From IMG/VR virus record IMGVR_UViG_2778261570_000027: a stretch of DNA of 24,489 nt, one strand, 5' to 3'. This DNA is from a virus. Lineage: Duplodnaviria > Heunggongvirae > Uroviricota > Caudoviricetes. Numbering within the stretch: the stretch's first letter is position 1; the number at the start of each line of letters is the position of its first letter. The notes below the pieces were generated by a model, which was not told the origin of the DNA, did not search any database, and was given only the letters and a program-made list of their open reading frames with translations. Of the stretch, positions 17,001-24,489 are shown piece after piece. The translations under genes and the position numbers were made by a program.

Positions 17001-17651
17001 ATGAGCCTGAGTCCCGCACGGCAGCATCGCCTGCGCGTTCAGGCTGAACAGGCCGCCCGTGAGGGCGGCAGCGTTCGCCACGCGTCGGGCTATGACCTGA
17101 TGCTGCTGCAACTGGCGGAAGACCGCCGCCGTCTCAAGGGCGTTCAGTCCACGGTCAAAAAAGCGGAAATCAAGGTGGAACTGCTGCCGAAATACGCCGC
17201 CTGGGCAGAGGGGGTCCTGGCTGGCGGAGGCGCGCAACAGGATGACGTGCTGATGTACGTGATGCTGTGGCGCATTGATGCCGGAGATTATGCCGGGGCG
17301 CTGGAGATCGGGCGTCACGCCCTGCGTCATGGCTGGGTGATGCCGTTGGGTAACCGCAACGTGCAGACCGTGCTGGCAGAGGAAATGGCAGACGCGGCGC
17401 AGAGCGCAATGCTTGCCGCCACCGGCTTTGATGCTGATCTGTTGCTGCAGACGCTGGAGCTGACAGACGGTCTGGATATGCCGGACCAGTCACGGGCACG
17501 TCTGCATAAAGCGATTGGCGCTGTCCTGAGTGAAAGCAATCCGGCTTCCGCCCTTAATCATCTCAACCATGCGTTACAGCTCGATCCCCGCTGTGGCGTG
17601 AAAAAAGACAAACAGCAGCTGGAGCGCAGACTGCGCAATGACAGCCGCTGA
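17001..17651 (+). CDS. M: Terminase small (endonuclease) subunit, P2 gpM homologue (216 aa)
   Basis: Position after N in conserved P2 order O-N-M-L; starts 4 nt after the N stop. Confidence 0.75.
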   Translation: MSLSPARQHRLRVQAEQAAREGGSVRHASGYDLMLLQLAEDRRRLKGVQSTVKKAEIKVELLPKYAAWAEGVLAGGGAQQDDVLMYVMLWRIDAGDYAGALEIGRHALRHGWVMPLGNRNVQTVLAEEMADAAQSAMLAATGFDADLLLQTLELTDGLDMPDQSRARLHKAIGAVLSESNPASALNHLNHALQLDPRCGVKKDKQQLERRLRNDSR

Positions 17652-17746
17652 CAGAACGTGCCCCCGCGCACGGGCGGCACGGGGTGGCGAAAGGCACTGC
17701 CACATCAAAACCCCGTCCACCGCCCTTTATTTCAGGAGAAAGCAGC

Positions 17747-18211
17747 ATGAAGTTTGTTGCGCCAGAACAGGCACCGGAACAGGCGGAAATCATCAGAAAT
17801 ACGCCGTTCTGGCCTGATGTGGACCTGTCGGAGTTTCGCAGCGTGATGCGCACTGACGGCACGGTGACGCAGCCGCGTTTAAAGCAGGTTGCGCTGTCGG
17901 CAATTTCGGAGGTCAACGCAGAGCTGTATGAGTTTCGCAGACGCCAGCAGATGCTGGGGTATGCCTCGCTGGCAGAGGTTCCGGCGGAACAGCTGGACGG
18001 CAAAAGTGAGCGCATTCAGCACTATTTCAACGCGGTTTACTGCTGGGCACGCGCCATGCTCAACGAACGTTACCAGGACTATGACGCCACGGCGTCCGGT
18101 GTGAAGCGGGGCGAGGAACTGGCGGAAGCAAGCGGTGATTTGTGGCGTGACGCCCGCTGGGCCATCAGCCGGGTGCAGGATGCGCCGCACTGCACAGTGG
18201 AGCTTATCTGA
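17747..18211 (+). CDS. L: Head completion/stabilisation protein, P2 gpL homologue (154 aa)
   Basis: ATG 17747 with SD AGGAGA (17734-17739). The upstream in-frame ATG at 17684 lacks an SD. Position matches P2 L. Confidence 0.7.
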   Translation: MKFVAPEQAPEQAEIIRNTPFWPDVDLSEFRSVMRTDGTVTQPRLKQVALSAISEVNAELYEFRRRQQMLGYASLAEVPAEQLDGKSERIQHYFNAVYCWARAMLNERYQDYDATASGVKRGEELAEASGDLWRDARWAISRVQDAPHCTVELI

Positions 18212-18414
18212 TGAAAGTGCGTGCGCATCAGTATGACACGGTGGACGCGCTTTGCTGGCGTCATTACGGGCGCACGCAGGGTGTCACGGAGCAGGTACTG
18301 AAGGCAAATCCGGGGCTTGCCGAATACGGCCCCTTTTTACCTCACGGGCTGCAGGTGGAGTTGCCGGACATTCCGACCACCACCACCGTGCAGACCGTCC
18401 AGCTATGGGACTGA
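18211..18414 (+). CDS. X: Tail protein X, P2 gpX homologue (67 aa)
   Basis: 67 aa, exactly the size of P2 X. Start overlaps the L stop. Confidence 0.75.
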   Translation: MKVRAHQYDTVDALCWRHYGRTQGVTEQVLKANPGLAEYGPFLPHGLQVELPDIPTTTTVQTVQLWD

Positions 18415-18417
18415 ATT

Positions 18418-18633
18418 ATGACGCTTGAGCGAATCAGCGCCTTTATCACGTATTGCATCGCCGTCGTGCTGGCCTGGCTGGGCGATTTGTCCATCAAGGA
18501 TGCCTCAACGCTGGGCGGCCTGATGATTGGTGTGCTGATGCTGGCTATCAACTGGTACTACAAACACAAAGCCTACCAGCTTCTGCGCGACGGGCAGATC
18601 TCGCGGGAGGACTATGAATCCATCAATCGTTAA
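18418..18633 (+). CDS. Holin (71 aa, two predicted TM helices, charged C-terminus)
   Basis: Two hydrophobic segments (FITYCIAVVLAWL and LGGLMIGVLMLAI) and a basic/acidic tail. Sits directly before the endolysin, at the position of P2 Y. Confidence 0.6.
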   Translation: MTLERISAFITYCIAVVLAWLGDLSIKDASTLGGLMIGVLMLAINWYYKHKAYQLLRDGQISREDYESINR

Positions 18634-19126
18634 ACGCTGCCTTGTCGGGGCCGTGCTGGCTATTGCTGCCACGCTGCCGGGTTTTCAGCAGCTTCACACC
18701 TCCGTGGAAGGGCTGAAACTGATTGCTGATTACGAAGGTTGTCGTCTGCAGCCGTATCAGTGCAGCGCGGGTGTCTGGACCGACGGCATTGGTAATACGT
18801 CGGGCGTCATTCCCGGCAAAACCATTACGGAGCGACAGGCAGCAGAAGGGCTGATCTCCAACGTGCTGCGTGTGGAGCGGGCGCTGGAAAGGTGTGTGAA
18901 GCAACAGCCGCCGCAGAAGGTGTATGACGCTGCGGTGTCGTTTGCCTTCAACGTGGGTACGGGCAATGCCTGCAGTTCCACGCTGGTGAAATTGCTCAAT
19001 CAGCGGCGCTGGGCGGATGCGTGCCGACAGTTGCCGCGCTGGGTTTATGTAAAAGGTGTGTTTAATCAGGGGCTGGATAACCGCCGTGCGCGGGAGATGG
19101 CCTGGTGTTTACAGGGAGCAAACTGA
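18614..19126 (+). CDS. K: Endolysin, lysozyme family with N-terminal signal-anchor-release (SAR)-like segment (170 aa)
   Basis: Hydrophobic N-terminus (LVGAVLAIAATLPGF) followed by a lysozyme catalytic E...D...T spacing (ADYEG ... AGVWTDGIGNT). SD GGGAGGA before ATG 18614. Position of P2 K. Confidence 0.8.
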   Translation: MNPSIVKRCLVGAVLAIAATLPGFQQLHTSVEGLKLIADYEGCRLQPYQCSAGVWTDGIGNTSGVIPGKTITERQAAEGLISNVLRVERALERCVKQQPPQKVYDAAVSFAFNVGTGNACSSTLVKLLNQRRWADACRQLPRWVYVKGVFNQGLDNRRAREMAWCLQGAN

Positions 19127-19127
19127 A

Positions 19128-19505
19128 ATGAAAAAGAAATTAATCAGCGGACTGTTTCTGATGTTATGGATGGCGCTGTTAATCGCAGCAATGGTGTATC
19201 CGCAGGGGATTTTTCCGGTACTGGCAGCGTCCGGCGTTTGGGTAGCCTGTTTGCTGACATGGGCGGTAATTCCGGTAGCACTGGCTGCGTTAATTAAGAA
19301 TGGCCCGCTCTGGCAGGAGTTAAGGGCATCTTTGCTGAAGACAATTACCCGAAAAGAAAACGTATTTATCAGTTGGGTGATGCGATTGCTGATTATCGTA
19401 AGTCTCGCCTGGACGGGGTGGGCCATTACCCTGGTCTTTTATCTGCTGACCGTTATTGCCTTCTGGATCACCCGTAATCAGATGGCGCAACAGGTAGCAG
19501 CATGA
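19128..19505 (+). CDS. lysA: LysA-like membrane protein (125 aa, about 4 TM helices)
   Basis: ATG 19128 with GGGAG SD. Almost entirely hydrophobic helices. Position of P2 lysA. Confidence 0.6.
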   Translation: MKKKLISGLFLMLWMALLIAAMVYPQGIFPVLAASGVWVACLLTWAVIPVALAALIKNGPLWQELRASLLKTITRKENVFISWVMRLLIIVSLAWTGWAITLVFYLLTVIAFWITRNQMAQQVAA

Positions 19506-19930
19506 ACCGGTTGCTGCTGGTTGTGCTGGCGTTATTACTGGCGTCGCTGGGCTGGCAGACGTGGCGGCTGGCTGATGCCAGCCAGACCATCAGCACGCAG
19601 GCAGACGAGCTGCGGAGCAAAAGTCAGGCACTGGCAAAGAGCAACAGCCAGCTTATCAGCCTGTCCATTCTGACTGAAACCAATAACCGGGAGCAGGCGC
19701 GGCTCTATGCCGAAGCAGAACAGACCAGCGCGCTGCTGAGACAACGACAACATCGGATTGAGGAACTGAAACGTGAGAACGAGGATTTACGCCGCTGGGC
19801 TAATACTCCTTTGCCTGCTGACATTATCCGGCTGCGGGAACGTCCGGCACTCACCGGAGGTGCAGCTTACCGTCAGTGGTTGTCCGCGAGTGACGCCGTG
19901 TCAGCTGGATCAGGCAGCGCCACACAATAA
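19502..19930 (+). CDS. lysB: LysB, Rz-like inner-membrane spanin (142 aa)
   Basis: N-terminal TM helix (LLLVVLALLLASLGW) followed by a charged coiled-coil region. ATGA overlap with lysA. Confidence 0.7.
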   Translation: MNRLLLVVLALLLASLGWQTWRLADASQTISTQADELRSKSQALAKSNSQLISLSILTETNNREQARLYAEAEQTSALLRQRQHRIEELKRENEDLRRWANTPLPADIIRLRERPALTGGAAYRQWLSASDAVSAGSGSATQ

Positions 19931-20063
19931 CGGTGATCTGAACGCATTGCTGGATGAAACGGAGGCCGCCTGGGCGGTCTGTGCAGACAAAGTGGACATG
20001 ATTATTGCGTGTCAGGAGCGAAACAGTGAACAAACCACAATCCCTGCGCCACGCCCTCAATAA
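19773..20063 (+). CDS. lysC: LysC, Rz1-like outer-membrane lipoprotein spanin, overlapping the 3' end of lysB in another frame (96 aa, GTG start)
   Basis: Lipobox LTLSGC after a signal peptide. GTG 19773 with GAGGA SD 8 nt upstream. The overlapped arrangement is the one known for P2 lysB/lysC. Confidence 0.65.
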   Translation: MRTRIYAAGLILLCLLTLSGCGNVRHSPEVQLTVSGCPRVTPCQLDQAAPHNNGDLNALLDETEAAWAVCADKVDMIIACQERNSEQTTIPAPRPQ

Positions 20064-20457
20064 AGCAGTGCCTTATGTCCGCAATAACCCGGACAAACTG
20101 CATCTGTTTGTGGATAACGGTTCGCTGGTTGCCACGGGGGCCAGCTCCATGTCATGGGAGTACCGCTACACCCTGAACGTGGTGATAGAGGATTTCAGCG
20201 GCGACCAGAATCTGCTGATGGCCCCGGTTTTGCTGTGGCTGCGTGATAACCAGCCCGATGCCATCAATAACCCGGCGTTACGGGAAAAACTATTCACCTT
20301 TGAGGTGGATATTTTGCGCAACGATGTCTGTGATATCAGCCTTAACCTGCAACTGACGGAGCGTGTGCTGGTCAGTACTGACGGCAGTGTGTCGAGTGTT
20401 GAAGCTGTAGCGGAACCCGATGAACCTGAAGAAATGTGGACGGTGAAACGTGGCTGA
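20026..20457 (+). CDS. R: Tail completion protein, P2 gpR homologue (143 aa; GTG start preferred over upstream TTG)
   Basis: AGGAG SD (20014-20018) 7 nt before GTG 20026. Position after the lysis genes as in P2. Confidence 0.7.
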   Translation: MNKPQSLRHALNKAVPYVRNNPDKLHLFVDNGSLVATGASSMSWEYRYTLNVVIEDFSGDQNLLMAPVLLWLRDNQPDAINNPALREKLFTFEVDILRNDVCDISLNLQLTERVLVSTDGSVSSVEAVAEPDEPEEMWTVKRG

Positions 20458-20896
20458 ACTGCAGAAGGTGGACGACTGGCTGAGTGCTTTGCTGGCGAAT
20501 CTGGAACCAGCCGCAAGAAGCCGCATGATGCGGCAGCTGGCGCAGGAACTGCGCCGGACACAGCAGCAGAATATCAGAATGCAGCGCAATCCAGATGGCA
20601 GCAGTTATGAACCGCGCAGGGTAACAGCACGCAGCAAAAAGGGGCGCATCAAACGTCAGATGTTTACAAAGCTGCGCACCACAAAATACCTGAAAACTGC
20701 CGCCAGCGCCGACTCTGCCAGCGTGCAGTTTGAAGGCAAGGTACAGCGCATTGCCCGTGTTCATCACTACGGCTTACGTGATCGCGTCAGCCGCAAAGGA
20801 CCGGAGGTCCGTTACGCAGAGCGTCGTCTTCTGGGTGTAAATGATGATGTTGAGGCAATGACCCGCGACATGATTCTGAAATGGCTGGCGGGGTGA
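20450..20896 (+). CDS. S: Tail completion protein, P2 gpS homologue (148 aa; start codon uncertain)
   Basis: Size matches P2 S (150 aa); last gene of the O operon. The GTG start overlaps the R stop. Confidence 0.7.
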   Translation: MAELQKVDDWLSALLANLEPAARSRMMRQLAQELRRTQQQNIRMQRNPDGSSYEPRRVTARSKKGRIKRQMFTKLRTTKYLKTAASADSASVQFEGKVQRIARVHHYGLRDRVSRKGPEVRYAERRLLGVNDDVEAMTRDMILKWLAG

Positions 20897-20900
20897 TCTT

Positions 20901-20918
20901 TGTATCAGCACTGATACA
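20901..20918. promoter_or_regulatory. P2-type late-promoter activator site TGT-N12-ACA (TGTATCAGCACTGATACA, near-perfect palindrome) upstream of V
   Basis: Exact TGT-N12-ACA with an internally symmetric spacer in the S/V intergenic region, the expected location of the P2 V-operon promoter. Confidence 0.5.
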
Positions 20919-20964
20919 AGTTGCAGCACTGCCGCCTTTCTTCCCCTGATGGCAACCTTTCCCT

Positions 20965-21543
20965 ATGAACGCACAATTAACCGAAATCATGCGCCTTATC
21001 ACCAACCTGATCCGCACAGGGGTAGTCACCGAAGTGGACAGGGAAAACTGGCTTTGCCGGGTGAAAACGGGCGAGCTTGAAACCAACTGGATCAGCTGGC
21101 TGACGCTGCGTGCCGGGAATGCCCGCACATGGTGGCGACCATCGGAAGGTGAGCAGGTGGTGCTGCTGAGTCTGGGCGGCAATCTGGAAACCGCCTTTGC
21201 GTTACCCGCCATCTATTCGAATCAGTTCGCGCCACCATCGACGTCGGCGGAAGCCTGCGTGACAGAACATCCTGACGGTGGCTGGTTTGAATACGAACCA
21301 GCCACCGGGCGCTGGTATGTCAGGGGCATCAAATCAATGGTCATTGAGGCCGCTGACAACATCACCATGAAAACCAGTGAGTTTGTACTGGAGGCTGACC
21401 GCACGCGCATTAACAGCGAAGTGGTGATCAATGGTGGCGTTACCCAGGGCGGCGGAGCGATGAGTTCTAACGGGATCGTGGTTGATGCGCATCAGCATAC
21501 TGGCGTCCTGAAAGGCGGCGACACAACCGGAGGCCCGGTATGA
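20965..21543 (+). CDS. V: Baseplate spike protein, P2 gpV homologue (192 aa)
   Basis: N-terminus MNAQLTEIMRLITNLIRTGVVTEV resembles the P2 V N-terminus (…IRTGIIVET…). C-terminal HTG/GG..TTG.P also resembles P2 V. Confidence 0.85.
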   Translation: MNAQLTEIMRLITNLIRTGVVTEVDRENWLCRVKTGELETNWISWLTLRAGNARTWWRPSEGEQVVLLSLGGNLETAFALPAIYSNQFAPPSTSAEACVTEHPDGGWFEYEPATGRWYVRGIKSMVIEAADNITMKTSEFVLEADRTRINSEVVINGGVTQGGGAMSSNGIVVDAHQHTGVLKGGDTTGGPV

Positions 21544-21899
21544 CGCTTTATAGCGGGATGAACAATACCAGCGGCAAAGTCATTACTGATATTGACCATC
21601 TGCGCCAGTCGGTGCGGGACATTCTGCTGACGCCACAGGGTAGCCGCATTGCCCGTCGGGAATATGGTTCCCTGCTGTCGGCACTGATAGATCAGCCACA
21701 AAATCCGGCGTTACGCCTGCAGGTCATGTCGGCAGTGTATGTGGCGCTGAGTCGCTGGGAGCCACGGCTGACGCTGGATTCCATCACCATTAACGGCAAT
21801 TTTGACGGTTCAATGGTGGTGGAGCTGACCGGGCGGCGTAATAACGGTGTGCCTGTTTCCCTTTCCGTATCAACAGGAGTAGAGAATGGCAGTGATTGA
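21540..21899 (+). CDS. W: Baseplate protein, P2 gpW homologue (gp25-like, 119 aa)
   Basis: Size and position; ATGA overlap with V. Confidence 0.8.
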   Translation: MTLYSGMNNTSGKVITDIDHLRQSVRDILLTPQGSRIARREYGSLLSALIDQPQNPALRLQVMSAVYVALSRWEPRLTLDSITINGNFDGSMVVELTGRRNNGVPVSLSVSTGVENGSD

Positions 21900-22794
21900 C
21901 CTTTCGCAGTTGCCTGCACCGCAGATTATGGATGTGCCGGACTTTGAGATGCTGCTTGCCGAACGCAAGGCAGAATTTGTGGCGCTTCATCCGAAAGATG
22001 AGCAGGAAGCAGTGATCCGCACGCTGGAACTGGAATCTGAACCCGTCACCAAATTGTTGCAGGAGAACGCTTACCGTGAGTTGCTTCTGCGTCAGCGCAT
22101 TAACGAAGCCGCGCAGGCGGTAATGGTGGCTTACGCGATGGGCGGCGATCTTGACCAGATCGCTGCCAACTACAACGTGAAACGCCTGACGGTGACGCCT
22201 GCTGATAATGACGCTGTGCCGCCCGTTGCAGCAGTGATGGAAAGCGATGAAGCGTTACGCCTGCGTGTGCCTGCAGCCTTTGAGGGGCTTTCAGTTGCGG
22301 GACCAACAGCCGCTTATGAATTTCATGCCCGAAGCGCCGACGGTCGGGTGGCGGATGCCAGTGCAACCAGTCCGGCACCTGCAGAGGTGGTGCTGACAGT
22401 CCTTAGCCGCGAAGGCGACGGAACAGCAGAAAAAGACCTGCTGGATGTGGTGGAGAAAGCACTGAACAGTGAGAATGTCCGCCCGGTGGCTGACCGTCTG
22501 ACGGTTCGCAGCGCGGAAATCATCCCGTACCGCGTGGAAGCCACCATTTTTCTCTATCCGGGACCGGAAGCAGAGCCGGTAATGGCAGCGGCAAAAGCCA
22601 GCCTGCAGAGGTACATTGCCAGTCAGACGCGGCTTGGTCGGGATATTCGCCGTAGCGCCATTTTTGCCGCGCTGCATGTTGAGGGTGTTCAGCGTGTGGA
22701 ACTGGCTTCCCCGCAGGCGGACGTGGTCCTGAACAAAACGCAGGCGGCATCATGTACGCAGTGGAGCGTGACCAACGGGGGAACGGATGAATAG
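21886..22794 (+). CDS. J: Baseplate protein J homologue (302 aa)
   Basis: Size (P2 J is 302 aa) and position; AGGAG SD before ATG 21886. Confidence 0.8.
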   Translation: MAVIDLSQLPAPQIMDVPDFEMLLAERKAEFVALHPKDEQEAVIRTLELESEPVTKLLQENAYRELLLRQRINEAAQAVMVAYAMGGDLDQIAANYNVKRLTVTPADNDAVPPVAAVMESDEALRLRVPAAFEGLSVAGPTAAYEFHARSADGRVADASATSPAPAEVVLTVLSREGDGTAEKDLLDVVEKALNSENVRPVADRLTVRSAEIIPYRVEATIFLYPGPEAEPVMAAAKASLQRYIASQTRLGRDIRRSAIFAALHVEGVQRVELASPQADVVLNKTQAASCTQWSVTNGGTDE

Positions 22795-23392
22795 TCTGCT
22801 GCCACCGGGTTCAACGCCACTGGAGCGCCGACTGGCGCAAACCTGCAGCGGGATTTCTGATCTGCAGGTGTCACTGCGTGACTTGTGGAATCCGGCAACC
22901 TGTCCGGTCAGTTTCCTGCCTTATCTCGCCTGGGCGTTCTCTGTGGATCGCTGGGACGAGGGCTGGGCAGAAAGCGTCAAACGCCAGGTGGTGAAGGATG
23001 CTTTTTATATTCATCAGCACAAAGGAACCACCAGTGCCGTACGGCGGGTGGTGGAGCCGTTCGGCTTCCTGATCCGCATTATTGAGTGGTGGCAGACCGG
23101 AGAAACACCGGGCACGTTTCGCCTGGACATTGGTGTGCAGGACCAGGGCATCACTGAAGATACCTATCTGGAACTTGAGCGACTGATAAGCGATGCCAAA
23201 CCATGTAGCCGTCACATGATCGGCATGTCCATCAATCTGCAGACCAGCGGCCCGCATTGGGTGGGAGCCGCCAGTTATCTTGGCGAAGAAATCACGATCT
23301 ATCCGTATATCAACGAAACAATTATTTCCGGCGGCACCGCGCATGAAGGCGGGGCGGTCCATGTTATTGACACAATGAGAGTGAATCCATGA
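22787..23392 (+). CDS. I: Baseplate/tail protein I homologue (201 aa)
   Basis: Position between J and H; start overlaps the J stop. Confidence 0.75.
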   Translation: MNSLLPPGSTPLERRLAQTCSGISDLQVSLRDLWNPATCPVSFLPYLAWAFSVDRWDEGWAESVKRQVVKDAFYIHQHKGTTSAVRRVVEPFGFLIRIIEWWQTGETPGTFRLDIGVQDQGITEDTYLELERLISDAKPCSRHMIGMSINLQTSGPHWVGAASYLGEEITIYPYINETIISGGTAHEGGAVHVIDTMRVNP

Positions 23393-24489
23393 GCACAAAA
23401 TTTTATACCCTGCTGACGGATATTGGCGCGGCGAAACTTGCCAGCGCCGCCGCGCTCGGTGTGCCGCTAAAAATTACCCATATGGCGGTGGGCGATGGCG
23501 GCGGAGTATTGCCAACGCCGGACGCAAAGCAGACGGCACTGGTAAATGAGAAACGCCGGGCTGCGCTGAATATGCTTTATATCGACCCGCAGAATAGCAG
23601 CCAGATTATTGCTGAACAGGTGATCCCTGAAAACGAGGGCGGTTGGTGGATACGTGAAGTGGGCCTGTTTGATGAGTCCGGGGCATTGATTGCCGTGGGC
23701 AACTGCCCGGAAAGCTATAAGCCGCAACTGGCTGAAGGCAGCGGGCGCACCCAGACCGTGCGCATGGTGCTGATTACCAGCAGTACGGGCAATATCACCC
23801 TGAAAATCGACCCTGCTGTAGTGCTGGCAACCCGCAAGTATGTGGATGACAAGGTACTGGAGCTGAAGGTGTACGTGGATGACCTGATGGCAAAACATCT
23901 TGCTGCACAGGACCCACATTCACAGTACGCGCCAAAAGCCAGCCCGACATTTACCGGAACCCCCAAAGCGCCAACGCCAGCGGCGGGGAATAATACCACG
24001 CAGGTTGCGACCACTGCGTTTGTACAGGCGGCACTGACGGCCCTTATTAATGGTGCGCCAGCCACGCTGGACACGCTGAAAGAAATAGCCGCAGCCATTA
24101 ACAATGATCCGAATTTCAGTACCACCATTAACAATGCGCTGGCACTAAAAGCACCGTTGTCGAGTCCGGCACTCACCGGAACGCCAACAGCCCCCACGGC
24201 GGCGCAGTCGGTCAACAATACACAGATTGCCACTACGGCTTTTGTGAAATCGGCGATTGCGGCAATGGTGGGTTCTGCACCTGCGGCACTGGATACACTG
24301 AACGAACTGGCGGCGGCGCTGGGGAATGATCCGAACTTTGCCACGACAATGCTTAATGCGCTGGTAGGTAAACAACCGCTGGACAATACGCTGACTAATT
24401 TGAGTGGAAAGGATGTAGCTGGTCTTCTCGCATACCTTGGTTTGGGAGAAGGCTCTGCATTACCTGTTGGTGTGCCTGTTCCGTGGCCT
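23389..24489 (+). CDS. H: Tail-fibre protein H, 5' part only (367 aa in window; gene continues beyond the window end)
   Basis: Strong resemblance to P2 H as I recall it, including MAVGDGGG, IAVGNCPESYKPQLAEGSGR, LNSPALTGTPT.P.A and LNELAAALGNDPNFATTM. No stop codon before the window edge. Confidence 0.85.
   Translation, partial: MSTKFYTLLTDIGAAKLASAAALGVPLKITHMAVGDGGGVLPTPDAKQTALVNEKRRAALNMLYIDPQNSSQIIAEQVIPENEGGWWIREVGLFDESGALIAVGNCPESYKPQLAEGSGRTQTVRMVLITSSTGNITLKIDPAVVLATRKYVDDKVLELKVYVDDLMAKHLAAQDPHSQYAPKASPTFTGTPKAPTPAAGNNTTQVATTAFVQAALTALINGAPATLDTLKEIAAAINNDPNFSTTINNALALKAPLSSPALTGTPTAPTAAQSVNNTQIATTAFVKSAIAAMVGSAPAALDTLNELAAALGNDPNFATTMLNALVGKQPLDNTLTNLSGKDVAGLLAYLGLGEGSALPVGVPVPWP
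23941..24381 (+). repeat. Tandem ~73-74-aa duplication inside tail-fibre gene H (two units, nt 23941-24159 and 24160-24381)
   Basis: Two consecutive units share the pattern SP.LTGTP.APT.A...N.TQ.ATTAFV.......G.APA.LDTL.E.AAA...DPNF.TT..NAL..K.PL, visible at both protein and DNA level. Confidence 0.6.

Noticed and set aside
17652-17746. GC-rich inverted repeats between M and L as a possible terminator
   Set aside because: GGGGTGGC/GCCAC/CCCC pairings exist, but M and L belong to one late operon in P2 and there is no clean stem plus U-tract. More likely an RNA structure of no assigned function.
23715-24386. 223-aa Ala/Ser-rich minus-strand ORF
   Set aside because: It is the antisense reading of the repetitive, Ala/Thr-rich tail-fibre gene H; the low-complexity translation is an artefact of the repeat.
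1-24489. Looked for CRISPR arrays, tRNA/rRNA genes, IS elements and att sites
   Set aside because: No regularly spaced direct repeats, no tRNA-like cloverleaf candidates and no transposase-like ORFs were seen. The att site is expected just outside the window, left of int, so it cannot be assessed.

Overview
This window is most of the left arm of a 186-like (P2-family) temperate prophage, probably in an E. coli-like enterobacterium. Gene order read from the sequence: int (-), an inserted cargo gene (-), cI-like repressor (-), switch region, then a rightward early operon (apl, cII, small ORFs, TraR/DksA zinc finger, Dam methyltransferase, replication endonuclease A) with translationally coupled ATGA/TAATG junctions. 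This is followed by a LexA-box-controlled small ORF plus DinI-like gene, an AT-rich 525-aa HEPN-motif gene, a cos-like G-rich core, a 97-aa moron with a bidirectional terminator, then portal Q and terminase P (-), a divergent late-promoter region, and the late operons O N M L X / holin / SAR-endolysin / LysA / LysB / LysC / R / S and V W J I plus the 5' part of tail-fibre gene H, which runs off the window end. The conserved phage genes are GC-rich, whereas three patches at module junctions are conspicuously AT-rich (1136-2812, 9718-11295, 11816-12109). These are the best candidates for accessory anti-phage or lysogenic-conversion cargo. The two large ones each encode a single large protein with a nuclease-type signature: a C-terminal T5orf172/GIY-YIG-like domain in one, and an Rx4H HEPN motif in the other. 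No tRNA, rRNA, CRISPR array or IS element was recognised. All product assignments rest on my recollection of P2/186 protein sequences, motifs and gene order; no database search or computation was run.
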